In this document: piece by piece, positions 11,961 through 26,723 of the stretch
Position numbering within the stretch: the first letter of the stretch is position 1
Layout of the letters: each line of letters opens with the position of its first letter
Assembly (NCBI GenBank): GCA_030704615.1
Contig: CM060732.1
Coordinates: 67,828,001 to 67,892,000, forward strand
Source of the DNA: Takakia lepidozioides
Lineage: Eukaryota > Plantae > Bryophyta
DNA: 64,000 nucleotides
Reading direction: 5' to 3'
The notes under the pieces: model-generated
The model's input: only the letters and a program-made list of their open reading frames with translations
What the model was told of the DNA's origin: nothing
Databases searched by the model: none
Program-made: the position numbers and the translations under genes

Positions 11961-12682
11961 GGAGGCATATGGTAAAAAAAAGGGAAATAGCACCTGGTGG
12001 CTCTGTAGTATGGTATCCCTGAGGAGGTTATCTTTTCATAGGTGTTTTCTGTGTCTTGTAGGAAGGCTATGGCAAATAACGACTTCCAAGTACATTCTGT
12101 CTTGTAGGAGTGAACTTCCAAAACGAGACTAGAAAGGATCTCAAGCTTCAACAGTCAGGAAGCACAAGGAACTTCCGTCAGCTGAGGTGGTGGATGGAGA
12201 CATGTTTTCCCATAAGCTATTAGAAGAGGCACTTCAATAGAGAATGCAACTACTGGGCTCCTGAACAATGTAGCAAATTTTGTCTAGAGTAAGGGCCGAG
12301 TGTGGGGCATGTTTCTTCTTCAAATGACTCATATATACAAGAGCCTCATCAGAAATGTGAGATTGTGTAATTTACCAACTCAGGTTGGTATTACTGCGCA
12401 CCTTCCAAACAGAAGACAGTGGGCCAACCTGAAATTGAACCTGAGCTCCAGCCATCCAGAGTAGGGTCATACCAGGAAAAAACCTTAGGGTTTCTGGCAA
12501 CCTATTCTCAAGTAGTATCGTTCTCTACCTAGTGTAGGTTGAAACTCCAGCAAACATTTCCTACAGAATCTGATGAGAATGCTATTAATGGCAGGCATCC
12601 AAAGCATTGGAGCACGACTGTTTGAATTCTTCACTACATGATTCGGGCAACCCTTGCTCAAGATCAGTTCTCTACATGGTCT

Positions 12683-14527
<1,845 letters not shown>

Positions 14528-14738
14528 CGACTCCTCTCTAGTCTTTCCCGCTTTGCTCTGATCTCCTTCTCTCCCCTGTGCAATATCTCGCTTTCAATAG
14601 CCTCTAGCCTTTTCCTCTCTGCACTTGTAAAGATTCTTCTGGAATCCTGCTTCCGTATAACTCAGACGACACAAGGAAATTGAAAACTCGTAGCGAAAGA
14701 CGAAGATTTGCTGGTGTTAGCCAACGGGCTCACGAGCA

Positions 14739-15110
14739 ATTTATAAAGCCATTCGCTGTCTCTGTCTGTGTGAGACCATCCCCGCAACAGCCCTGTTGCG
14801 TTCCGCCCACGTGCTGCAAGAGTGCCATGCATCGCGAAGCATCTGCCGAAGTCGGATCAGAGTGGCCCGAGTACTGAGCTCTGTGTGTGGCTTTTGGGTG
14901 CTCCAAAGGCCAGCGACAAGTTGAGCGCGGCCATGCAGCTGCCTGCATGCACACGAGGCAGGAAATAATCGATTCTCTTGGCGCTTTCTCGTCACTCTCT
15001 CTTCTCTTGGCCGCACCTCTATCTTGGACACTATCTTGCATTCTAGAACCTTCCCCACATAGTTGGCTATCCTGCAGTTCTACCTTTGGGCATAGTCCTG
15101 CATTCTAGAA
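14739..15110 (-). promoter_or_regulatory. Candidate phytoglobin promoter: TATA box, G-box, RY motifs, heat-shock element
   Basis: TATAAAT on the minus strand at ~14745-14739; CACGTG at ~14808; CATGCA at ~14827, ~14932 and ~14946; TTCtaGAAccTTC at 15041-15053 and a partial copy at 15103-15110. Confidence 0.4.
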
Positions 15111-15123
15111 CCTTTGTCATATA

Positions 15124-16374
15124 GGAGGTTGGGTAGCATGTGAGCAGGCTCAGGCCAGCTGGCATGAGCACAAAGGAATATTCTAAATATTCCAAAAGAT
15201 TCTGGAGAATATGCGAAGGCAAAACCAAAATGCACTCACGCAGTAAGAAAAGCGAAACTATCTGAAAATCGTACTCACGCGAAAAAAATCATGGAATTAA
15301 CATTGTGTGTAGAACATCCCCAAGAACCACCCAAAAAACGGGTTTCGATAGCAAAAAACAAACGGTTTTTGCCAGCGAACTTGTATTTTCGCCAACGAAA
15401 CTTAGGTTTTGCCAAAGAAACTTGGATTTTCACCAACGAAACTTGGTTTTGTCGACGAAAATGGGGTTTGATTTTGGTTTTTGTTTTTTTTCTAAGGTTT
15501 TTCAAAGGTTTTTTCCAAGGATTTTTTTCTAAGTTTTCTAAGGTTTCAAGCTTTTTCTATATGTTTAAGATTATATTTAGACACCATGGAGACATTATTA
15601 ACACAGAAAGATCCTATGTCCGTCTATTATATATATTTCCGTTGACATACATATCACCCCTATAATCGTGGATCTTGCTCATGCGGCGATTTTTTGTGCT
15701 CATGCGGTACCAACCCCCGTCGCAGAGTGGGCTATTGAACAGGGGTTGGTAGAACGTGAGCACAAACAGCGTGAGCACAAACCCATGGTCATGGAGGTTT
15801 TATGTTTTTAAACCGCAGTCATAGGAGTTATATGTTTTCAAAACGGAATAAAACCCCAAAACCCTAATGCGAAATAGATGTATATCTACAAGCTCCTAGT
15901 TCCACATATCTACAGCCTTGGGTATCCTACAAAAGAATAACACATTAGGGAAAAACAAAGTTACCAACACCATCCAAAAACACAAATACCAGACAATAGT
16001 TGAACAATTTAATATCATGAAGCAATTTACAACAGGTTTCGTTAACAAAATAAATCGAGGTATCGGGTGCGAAATAATCAATTTTCGCCGGCAGTATTTC
16101 CAAGTATCGCTGCATAGGTCATTATCCTATGGTTTTGTGAGCAAAACAAAATGTATTGTGTTTGGTTTTGCATATAAGAGACGACGTGAGATTGTTTTAT
16201 TTCGCTAACGAATTAGAATGATAGGGTGACTAATCCATCTTCGTGTTGCTTGTGCTTACGTGAGCACAAATTTCACATTTCAGTTTGCCATAGCATCTTT
16301 CTGAATATGCTTGGAATTTCCGGTATTTTCAGGCGCACAGAGGCGTTAGCAGGCTGACGCCCTACCCAACCTCT
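15124..16374. mobile_element. Non-autonomous DNA transposon (MITE-like) with GAGGTTGGGTAG terminal inverted repeats
   Basis: Perfect 12-bp TIR (15125-15136 vs 16362-16373), 20/26 when extended. Related back-to-back termini at ~15695-15765, many GTGAGCA/TGCTCA subterminal motifs, AT-rich non-coding interior. TSD not resolved. Confidence 0.7.
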
Positions 16375-16694
16375 ATTGCATGCAATTGCATAAGCTTAGA
16401 ATCATGTGGCCCCACATGCAATTGCCAGTTTCACGGGCCATCCAATAGCCACTCTTGTTCAAACAACTTGCTTGGCCCCTTTGGTTGTTTTTTTCCCTGA
16501 ACTATTGGGGTACTTATTTGATGCACCGTCCCTATTTTCAATTATTACGGACAAACACGTTGTAGTCTAGTGGTAATCGGAATTATTTCAGGTCTTAGAC
16601 CCTATTTCGATGTGATCTTAAGCCATGGAAACATTGTATCTTCACTGAAGCAGCGGTTTTGTTTTGGAAATTTGGGAAAATAGCACGAGTGGCT

Positions 16695-16866
16695 ACTGAG
16701 TTTTGCAGGTAATAGCCATATATCCTGTTCATCCACTGAAATATGAATAGAATCATCCTCTTCTATACTTTCATCCATTGACTGAGTTTTGCAGGAAATA
16801 GCCATATATCCTGTTCATCCACTGAAATATGAATAGAATCATCCTCTTCTATACTTCCATCCATTG
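16695..16866 (+). repeat. 86-bp tandem duplication
   Basis: 16695-16780 and 16781-16866 are nearly identical. Confidence 0.95.
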
Positions 16867-17170
16867 ATATAATCCATATTTGATAAATTCATCCATAATT
16901 TATTTTTTGTTTGTAGAAGTTTGGCGATTTCATCCATGAAAAAAACAGAGAGTTTGCGACAGAATATGCCATTTTTGAGGTCGAAATTAGGAATGGCTGC
17001 ACTGACTCATACTTGAAAATAAATTGCTATATAATCTTTACTCCTGGATGTCCAACATTTATATCAAGTGCTTGCATGTCTCTAGATAACGCCTTCAGCA
17101 ACGGTTGAACGGAGTCGAACGGAGTCGTGGTTCACTTGGAATCCAACTTGATTTTCAGATCCAGGGCATG

Positions 17171-17770
17171 ACATTAGATGATACCGAGAGTAATAGTGGA
17201 GAGTTTGAGAGCATTTCATAATACTTTCGTGCTGCAAAAGGTTATCTATAGGAGGCCAAAATGACTGTTTTGTCTTCATATCGATCATGCCGCCAATTAG
17301 TTTTTGTGTCAAAATGATTCCAGTACATCTTTGTAGAATTGTTGCGGAAGGTATTTTCAACGTCTTTAGGATTGCCCATAACTGTTGGGGCCGCTGTCAC
17401 TCGGACCCAGTTCTCGCCCAAAATTGAATTATTTTTGGAATTCCAGATTATGGCAAGCCTTCTGTTTGCCAGAATTGTTTGCCATGTTCTACTTGTATGA
17501 GGATACGTTGGCTCGAGACTCTCGAACAGTCGTCTACATTAGATGATATTGATAGTTATAATGGAGAACGAGTGCATTTCATAATAATTTCGTGACGGGA
17601 AGAGATTATCTATAGGAGGCCAAAATGACTGTTTTGTCCTCATTTCAATCGTGCCGACAATTAGTTTTTATGTCAAATTGATACCAGTTAGTCTTTGTAG
17701 AATTGTATTTCTCATTGCCATAGGTTTTTGCAACGTTTGTGGGGATGCCCATTACCGTTGGGGTCGTCTG
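17171..17770 (+). repeat. Diverged ~230-bp direct repeat (17171-17397 and 17536-17770) in the TE-rich block
   Basis: Shared core TTATCTATAGGAGGCCAAAATGACTGTTTTGTC plus alignable flanks. Confidence 0.85.
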
Positions 17771-18267
17771 GTATCATGTGAGCACGATGTGAGAAAAACA
17801 CACGCCTATAGGGTAACATGTTCACCAGGTATAGGGGCTACTTGTTCTTTATGTGTTGTAATTAGTGCTCGTGCTAACCGATGGAAATAGTTTCTAGATT
17901 CTTTTAGTTCCACCAATTTCGTTTCGTTGTGGAATATTCCATGGATACCTTGGAAATTCGAGGAATATGCCGTTATGCTCACGCTGGCGTGAGACCCAAC
18001 TCAATGAAACGGAGAGAACCGGCAACGCGGTTACATGCTAGCCGAGTGGTTTCGAGGAATTTACAGTGATAATTGAAACCTTAGGAAATAGACCGAGGAA
18101 ATTACCAATGCGATTGTATCCACACATGGCTTCAACAAAATGCCAACTTTCCACTGTGTAGACATAGGAAAAGTAAAAGTATGACGCCTCCCGAAGGAAG
18201 TGTAACTTATGGAGTCACTTCACCCTGAAGGGCTACTGCCTTCCACTAGGACATAGGCTTTACATAT

Positions 18268-18500
18268 GGAGGTTGGGTAGCACATGAGCATGCTCACGTG
18301 AGTACAATGGCATATTCCACATATTTTTGTGAAATTTCCTTGGTTATGGCATCTTTTTGCATTGCAATATCATACTCAATTATAGAATTACGGAGAGATC
18401 TATCACCAAAAAGGACTATCGTAGCATTTTCGTTTTTTTCCGTTTCATCTTTAAAGCTTCAAAACGTGTCATCTTTTGTGGAAAAACGAACCTTAATGTA
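18268..18500 (+). mobile_element. Second left terminus of the GAGGTTGGGTAG DNA-transposon family
   Basis: GGAGGTTGGGTAGCACATGAGCATGCTC closely matches 15124-15150; no right end was found. Confidence 0.6.
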
Positions 18501-19306
18501 TCGAAAATGGTAGTTTGGAAAAGTCTCTTGTTATAAACATCCGTGGGCTTGAACTCAATTAATTATTGGATCCCAAGTTTATCGAGGTTTCTTGTCACCC
18601 TAACTCGCGTTTGATGTATCTTTTTCCATTGGTTTTCAAGTCTTTGAATTTTCCCTTCAAAATAATATCTCAATGAAATACGTGTCGTGCGCATACACAA
18701 CTACATCCGTGTCCAATCCACACAACACATGCATACACACAAACCAGTCTATGAAATGATCTGAAAATGCTTCATATAAACTATCACACCAAACATGAGT
18801 CAAGCCTACCGCACCCTACGCCATAGGGACTCCGTGTTGCTACGGCGTACTCACACACATGACCTGCTGCAAGCTAGCTGCCCGTGAGGCTCATCTGCGA
18901 TTCGGAGAGTTGAGCCTCACACGATGAGTGGATAAGTACGTGCATGTGCCAAGTTAACCTTGACACCTCCTTTTGTGACTTGGCGAGTCCAAATGCTAAA
19001 TTTATTAACGAGATATTATTTAGCTAGTTTCACACTAATAGTTCATTTAACTTGTATATGATCTACCCAAAATAGTTAGAACATCGACATATGGGGAGGC
19101 CAATGGTGCCATACAAGACTCGGATGCGAGGCTCTCTCACTAGTTGAGGCTCTCCCGTAATTTCCTCATAACCAAAATTGCTATGTGTACTATATTTACA
19201 TCACACATACAAAGATTTACATCATCCTAAAAGATTCTGCCAAAGAAAAGACATGCTATTGATAGTAAATGTGAGCAAAGTGTTGTTTCTTTGTTGTTGC
19301 ATTGTA

Positions 19307-19390
19307 CATGTAATGTCTTAGTAAGATAAGATATATGTAATGTCTAGTAAGATAAGATATATGTGAGGTCTAGTAAGATAAGATATATGC
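19307..19390 (+). repeat. ~26-bp minisatellite, three copies
   Basis: ATGTAATGTCTAGTAAGATAAGATAT-like units in tandem. Confidence 0.85.
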
Positions 19391-19714
19391 GATTTTTCTA
19401 GTGTGATGACATGTTTAGGGCCATCTATTCTCCGCAGAATTTGCAGAAGAGTGAACTGTGGCCATGAACTAGCCACAACGGAAGGCGAGAAATAGATGAA
19501 GCCGTTTCGGGTCAGGAAACACCTTGGCTAGAGTTAGAAGGGATACACCAAGATATTGATATGTCCTTTTCATTGTCAAGCAAATATCATACTCGAATGA
19601 TTTTATGAAGTAAATGTAAGATTGCTTACTCGATTACCAACCAGCCTCAAATGTTCTTACAAAACTCCAGATAATCACGAATATTTGACCAATGTGCTTC
19701 TAAATAGTGCAAGC

Positions 19715-20040
19715 GCGGATATAGGAAATCAACAGCAGGATATCAACCCGGATATCAATGTATCCAGACCCAGAACCGCCTTTTTTTAGTATCCGGGTTA
19801 GAGGCATAAGCGGCAGATATGAAAATGTGAAAAAAAAATCCTACATCCGGTGCAGATATCCAGCCAATACCGGTCAATACTTGGCGAATCTCAGCCCTAA
19901 ACTTAATAACCGGATGTACACCCGGATCTGCTGCAAAAGCAACAGCCCAAATGCAGAGTTACTGATTTTAGTTGGTAATACCCAGAACCGACAGACATCT
20001 AAAACCAACAGTTTTCAATATCTGGAACCAGCGTATGAAA
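19715..20040. mobile_element. Probable DNA-transposon subterminal remnant (hAT-like CGGATA/ATCCG motifs)
   Basis: Dense CGGATAT/ATCCGG motifs in both orientations; no termini identified. Confidence 0.35.
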
Positions 20041-21654
20041 AAAAAGGTGTAATCTGCCCAACACAGTAAATTACGTGGGAAATTGACGAGTTGTACTTAT
20101 CAATAAGGGGAAGCAACAGACTCCCCAACCCACTCTGTTGGTTGGTTCTCAGATGATGGGCCACCAGCTGGTTCAACTCAAATTACTTCCGGGAGGCAGC
20201 TTCCTCTACTAGATATGGGGAAAAAATAGATGATGATTTGCCAGGTAATGGCCTAAATAAAGAATCTACATTTGGGCGTGATGTGAAGAAAACCATTATA
20301 TCATTTGCCTGCATGCGTGTTCAACTCGTACCTTCACTCACTAGAGTCCCTGGCCCCTCTTGGAGTCAACACTCAGAATCTGCACTCCCGCCTCCCTTCC
20401 CTCGGCGAGGTACCATATTGAGACCTGGCAACGTTCATCTTGTTGAGACTTTCTCACAGCTTTATCACTCATTCTGCTGAGTAGCACCATGCAGGTCTGG
20501 AACATGCATCATGCGAAGAGGTTCCTCTACCTACTCAGATATCACCAGAATCCCAAGTTGCCGCCAGTAATTGGATTAGTCACCTCATCAATCCTGCTAA
20601 AATCATTAGAAAATATGGCACTGAAAAATAGATAGAAGTAGGCATTTATCTGTCTTGCGAGAAGATAACTGCATCCCACAATTTAACCCCATTGAGACAG
20701 TCTTGAAGGAAAAACTAGGCCTCCATGCAGCCCCTTCAGTTCAACAGTCTTCTGGAGAATGCAGAGGCATGAGCCCCACAATCTAATACCCCTGCACCCA
20801 GGAACAACTGACCTACTTATGGGGAGAGACAGAAGACATTAGAGAAACAGTCTGAACACCAAGAGCCATGGTATAGCCCGAAGTACTGCCAAGTGACACA
20901 AAATCTAAGGTGTTATTACAAAATATACAGGGAAACATGGCTGTCGTTAAAGTGATTTCCCTTTCTTTACAATGTGCCAGTTAAAGTGATCGGATGACAA
21001 TCTAGACATTTCACATTTCAGACCCTAATCTTTGCTGTCCTGTCACACAACATTAAACTGAAATTAAACTGAACATGCTGATGTATACTCCATTGGATTC
21101 GACTGGATCCTTGGAGAGTACATAGCCTGAGAGGTGCCACCTTTGCAGCTCTATAACAAGGCCAGGGGACCAAGCCCAAGACATGGCTACCTAAAGACAA
21201 CAATAAGAATTGTCCCAGCTTGAGAGTGCTTGCAGGCCTACCTTCGCCACCCTGACCAGTGGCTGCTAATAGACTAACCCAAACTCAATTGGCCATTATG
21301 TTCAAAGGCCACCCCACAGAATTAGGAGGAATCAGGAGATCAATTCTCTGGGTGTGCCAACTGCACCACCGCCAGAACATCACATGATCGGGGTCACAGA
21401 ATTTTCACAACTCTTAACCTCTGCTCAGCCACAAATGCTCGAGATCATAGACAGCTCTGTGCCACACCTGCAACCTCCCTGCTAATTATTTCTTGCATGG
21501 CACACAGGCTCTTCTCCTCTGCCAAACACACTTACCCCTCCACAGCATAGCTGCCTCCACCATTACCATCTGCCGTTTCTAACTACAAAACTTCATTCAC
21601 AACATGGAGCCTCCCTCAACAGCTGGACACATCCCACACGTGACCTTAAAAAGG

Positions 21655-22926
21655 CTACAAGAATCCTCTTCTGAAAGTCTTCGTGGTAGCTTGGTACGTC
21701 CTGACAATTAGGCCTACGCCGATGCCCACACCTAGGCACATGCCCAGGCCAATGCCCACGCCTACCCTAACCCCTGCATTGAACCATGACATCTGCCCAT
21801 CGTCCCCTTCTCCGTATCCACTCCCTTCCAAAGCATAGCCCAGCCCAGCTGCTGCTGCTTTGTCGGTAAGATCCATGAATGTACTGCCTTCCGTCACCTG
21901 CAAAACAACACAATGCCCATCAGAACTTCCTGAAACCTCCAGGGGAAGAGGCACTTGTACCAAAACCATCACCCCAACCACACAACTTGAGACAATCTCT
22001 AGTATGATACAACTACCAGTCCACAAGTCCTCTCGGCATCCAGGGTACATGGATATTAGATGCATGGATACAGCACGTTTTTGCTTGTGGCTTGAATTGA
22101 CTCTTTACATAGATATCCCAAGCTTTAACACCCAAGCAAAAGCGAACATTCCCCTTACCAGTCCAGGCTGGTCGACCGTCATGAGGCTGTATTGTGATCT
22201 GCCGACTTCTTCGGCTTCAGGAATGGCATCCAGAGTAGTCTGGCGATTGGACCTCCGCCGGGCAGTCAGCTGCACGGTCTCAGTTAAGATCATTGGCGTC
22301 CCTGAGAATCGACCAACCACGCACACCTCGAGCGCTGGCAGGGACAATGAGACGGTCGAATACTCGTGCCGTTGTTTGAGAAAAACACACCCTGATTGTC
22401 CGACAGAAGAGCTGCACTCCATTTTCCATGCTAGCGTATTTCTCTTTGAAATAGTGCTCACAGAATCATAACCGTTGTAAGCTTTGGCGTCTGCCGAGTG
22501 TTCAGCCTGTTCCAATGTCCCACTCACAAGCGACTCATCCTTGTTATAAACGTCATATGAAATTGTCCCACTGGTGCGCAGATTGTCTGTGCCCACGTAC
22601 GTTGCCTCGGCCGACTCTGTGTCGACTCTGTCCCTCCGAAGAACGAGAGTGGCCTCCTCCGAAGGAGCGATCCTCGCGCCATTCACTTCCAGGGCTGTCC
22701 CGATACTTCTGGCAGGAAACCGCATCGACAAGAACTCAGGAGCATCCTCAAGAGGACAACCACTCACTCGAACATAAATAACCCTAACATCAAACCACGC
22801 TTTGGCTTGTGTCGCCGCAGCGGTGTTATACGCATACAAACCCGACGCTGCTGCTCTGCTATGGTTCTGCCCTGCTGGCATCTCCCTCACAAGAAGAGAA
22901 CCAGACACCTCGTCATAATCATCCAT
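21655..22926 (-). CDS. At1g01500-like conserved plant protein with C-terminal Gly-rich membrane segment, 336 aa
   Basis: Exons 22926-22159 and 21897-21655 (phase 0). Motifs WFDVRVIYVRVS, LRRDRVDTESAEATYVGTD, EVCVVGRFSGTPMILT and EGDDGQMSWFNAGVRVGVGIGLGMCLGVGIGVGL. The start Met at MDDYDE is inferred. Confidence 0.9.
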
Positions 22927-23949
22927 CTCTGCCCACTCTGTATCTGCTGAAAATCTAGAAAAATACCACAGACTCTGCGGCTGCACAAACCGAGGATTCG
23001 CCCATGCACTCTCTAACACACCCCTTGCTACTGTGGGTCGGAGGCTTTCTCTGTCACTCCAACCCCTTTCTCGACACATGAGCCAAACAAACAATCAACC
23101 CCCCGATGAGATGCTTCCCCTCCAAACACACAACCGGCTCCTGCAATCTCCCCCTCACTCTTTGCGTCTCTTCCCTCTTCTACTCATGGCAACTTGCCTA
23201 ACTCACAAATGCAAATTCCCTGCCCACCCCCTTGCCCCCACTCCGCTGCCAGAACCCCAATTCCTCCACACTCCGAGATCCTACGCCACAACAAACCCGA
23301 ATCCCCCCTATCACAAATTTGCAAATCACGCAACTGCTACCATAAATTCCATAACCTTAACTCTCTAAACTTACTACCCTCTCTACTCAACGAACACCCT
23401 TGCAGATTGTCCAGCCAACATGGCCAACGACCATCCTCCGCTACTTGGCCGCGAGGCCGATCTACACAACACTCTCCCTCGCGCAACGGACTCGCTAGCG
23501 CGTCGTCTGCCATTACTGCCCGTCCCTGCTCGCCTTCCTCCCCAAGAAGACGAGCCTCCCACAGCCCCCACGCCCATCCATGCCCATGCCCATGCCCATG
23601 CCCATGCCATCACCCTGCATGGACATGGCCATGCCCGTTGCCTCCCTTGACTAGGGTTCAAATCCCCGCCGGGCAGCGTTGTCGGAAACGGAACTAGGAT
23701 CAGGGGCGGCCGGCATCCCGCGGGGCCGTTTGACCCAGCGGACGGAACCTTCCACTACTCATCTGTTCGGTCGGTCTTTTCATTCATCAGTCATCGAAAC
23801 TGATTGCCGAGTCATGGAAATCAAACCAATTTAAATATATATAGAAGTGGGGAAACCAGGCGCGGCTAGTTAGTAACGTACTAACGTACTACTTAACGAC
23901 GGTGGGGGTAAGATAATAATAAAGTCCTTTCACTTACTCCCAGGCTAAG

Positions 23950-24043
23950 AAATGAAGCAGCGTGGGGTTGAACCCCAGACGGTCAGGGCGGCCGCCACAT
24001 CTCTGAAAATGGACTGAACGTGCCACGTCACTGAGCAACACTT
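23950..24043 (-). mobile_element. tRNA-like Pol III A/B-box segment (possible SINE head)
   Basis: Minus strand TTGCTCAGTGA (A-box-like) and GGTTCAACCCC (B-box-like) about 55 nt apart; no clean cloverleaf. Confidence 0.35.
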
Positions 24044-26723
24044 TGCTGTATTCTTGCTGGCGTCTAATCATAGCCTCAAAAGGGTTCATTCATCCATTCT
24101 ATTCTCTATATCAGCCCACACGTTGTATGAGGAAACAGTTTTTTTGGTCTACATACTAAAACAATTCCAATCAAGACGTCAAGAGTCAAGACCAACTTCA
24201 GTTAGGTACTTAGTTACGACACATAGAAACCAGATTACTTTTTTATTTTTATCAGTAAAATAGAATGATGAAAATGACAAAAAAAGAAACATATTTCCAT
24301 GAACCATTTGAAAGCAGAGAATAGAGTGGATGCATGGTAGAGCAGTGAGCAGTGGTAGGAGTGGGGCCGGGCAGTGATGTAAGGAAGGGATGGGTTTACG
24401 ATAAAAACTATGCTGGGGATATTTTGGGAGGCAGCACCAAGCGCTCGCCACGGGAGGTTTTATTTGTAGGTGGGTTGTGTTGTGTGTATAATGGATCCTA
24501 CTTTGCTGGCACCCAAATATAGCGACCAAGTTGCTGTGGTCAAAAAGAGAGTTACAAAACTTAGCTCGGTCCTTCTCAACGAGTAGACCAGACAAAAACG
24601 GAGGACAGAAGGGATCTTGAGTGGATGTCTAAATCAGGAGTGAAGACGAGGGAGCATTGAGATGAGGGTCCGATAGGAGCCGCTAGTGTGCCTTACTATA
24701 TTCTGGTTGTGGGCTCCACAACACAGCTCTACAATTACAAGTTGGAGCCGTTATCGCAGGAGAGCTCGACGAAAGCATTTGCAAATTGCAAACACCACTG
24801 CAGCATCGCGGGTCATTTAGGCAGGGCGCGGGGTGCCCGCACCCCGCGCCGCCATTGTGAGACTCGAGGAGGCAATGTGGAAGTTCCAACCCATAAGGCC
24901 CCACTCGCACGAGAAGGTGAAGGGCAAGTGGTGGGTGGAGAGGCAAGGCAGTAGCATCGGTGCATGCATGCAACGTGTGCGGTGCGAGACGGGCACACAA
25001 TGATTGGCAGCACTGGGCATGGCGTGGGGGCGTGGGCCTCCCACCCCAACGAAGCGCTCGCGCACCACGGCTGTTGCACGATGGTGCACCGCACAACGCC
25101 TGTGAAGCTCTTGTCGTTTCGGCCTTTTCTTCCAACTCCAATCAATTTTCTTTTGGGGATCGTCGTTGGAATTTGGAATTTGATGTGTCGGGATTCGCGA
25201 TTTGATGTAGCTCTGTCAACCGACGATGATTTGGGTTACCCCAAATCTGAACTGGACGGCATATTGTATATGCCATATTTGAGGAGAATTAATTACTTGG
25301 CAGAATTTCATGCCGCTGCCGATTCAATACGCAGAATCGGCCGCCCTCATATTCTAGATTGACAATAAGCTCGACTACGGAAACTTACCTGAAACTCTCC
25401 AAGCTGAGTCGGCATTGGGCGACGGAACGCGGAAACTGTGAGGATCCTCAGCTTTAACGCCAGCACCTTCGGGGATAAAAAGGCGGTGGCCTGCAGGCTG
25501 CCGCCCAACAAAGGACACTGCTGCACTTCTCTGTTATATTTTCGTCAATCCCCCTATTCTTGATGCCGCACTCGTGCATTTCGGAGAATGCATTCATTCG
25601 GGAAACAGAAACTCGTACGGTTTTCCTTTACATCGTCATCCATTAATCCGAGTGCCATCCATCCTTTGTGTCGCGCATACGGTATGCAACATTGCAACAG
25701 CCAAAGGGATGCACGATCCAATAGCAGAGAAGCGGCAGGCGAGATTCAGTGGAATCTGGCGGAGAGCGTCGCGTCGAGACGTCACGGCCCACATGCGAGG
25801 CTTCATTCACCAACGACACGAGTGAAGGCGGATGCCAGAGCCCTGTGCAGGGGTCCCACGCTTGTGTGGCCGTCCGTCCGCTGGTTGAAGGAAAATGTAC
25901 GCCGCTGCTCAAGCCGGGTCCCGCTGCCTGCGCGTGTGATTAGCCGACGCGTGGTGGGATAACACGTGGTTGGTAGGCTGGGATCTTATCCGGAAGTGAA
26001 AACTTTGCACGCCCTGCTGACTTGCCTTCCGCTGCGCCGGCCGCTCGCAAGCCTCCGAGTGGATAGAATAGAACCCAATCCAAACATATGTCATCCATCC
26101 ACAAGTTTGGCAGTGGTTCATCCACCAGCCCTTGTCCGCCGCGCCATGTGGCGAGGTTAGAAAGCACGAATTGTGGACTTTCCGCCAGGTGCCAGTTCAG
26201 GGGAGGACACAGAGTTCAAGGAATCGGAAGATTCCTTCCATCCATCAGAGAATTGTTGGGATGCGTTTCCCAAATCATCGTCACCGTCCTCCAGCTGGCA
26301 TTTGCTAGGGTTTTGTGATGGGAAGAATAGAGGGCCTCTGGTGACCGACCAGCTGCTGGGGCCCTGAAGGGTCGGCTTGTCTACCTCTTGACTGATGTGT
26401 TGGAAAACATCAGAAAAGGGAGACAAAACCTTGATAGGGGCCGGAATGTGATGAGTATGAATGAGACCTGGAAATAGAGATGGAACATCAGTTCACCCAA
26501 ATGTTAGGATTGTGTGAGTCCAAGTCTTTGATCATCTTGACTGATTGAAAACTACAGAAGAGTTCTGCTACACAAACACTAGATCAAAAGAACGCGTATG
26601 AACGCATCCAAGTGATGATGATCCTACCAAAACCAAGGTTGTACAGATGAGAGCGAGAGAGGCCAATGGAAGAGAAGACAACAAACCAGATGTGGGCCAG
26701 GTTCCCCGTCCACGTTCCTGCCA

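Noticed and set aside
22927-23094. N-terminal extension of the At1g01500-like ORF
   Set aside because: The frame is also open in the pseudocopy, but splice-acceptor-like sequence (TTTTTCTAG/TTTTCAG) precedes MDDYDE, so it is probably 5'UTR intron. Unresolved without transcripts.
23950-24043. Functional tRNA gene
   Set aside because: It has A- and B-box-like motifs but no acceptor or anticodon stems; kept only as a possible SINE head.
24688-24954. NB-ARC-like fragment (YKLEPLSQESS)
   Set aside because: Only one short motif, with no P-loop, kinase-2 or GLPL nearby.
24960-26430. Cluster of short GC-rich ORFs and a strong minus-strand donor at ~25388
   Set aside because: No recognisable protein or coherent exon chain; it could be promoter or lncRNA sequence but this is unsupported.
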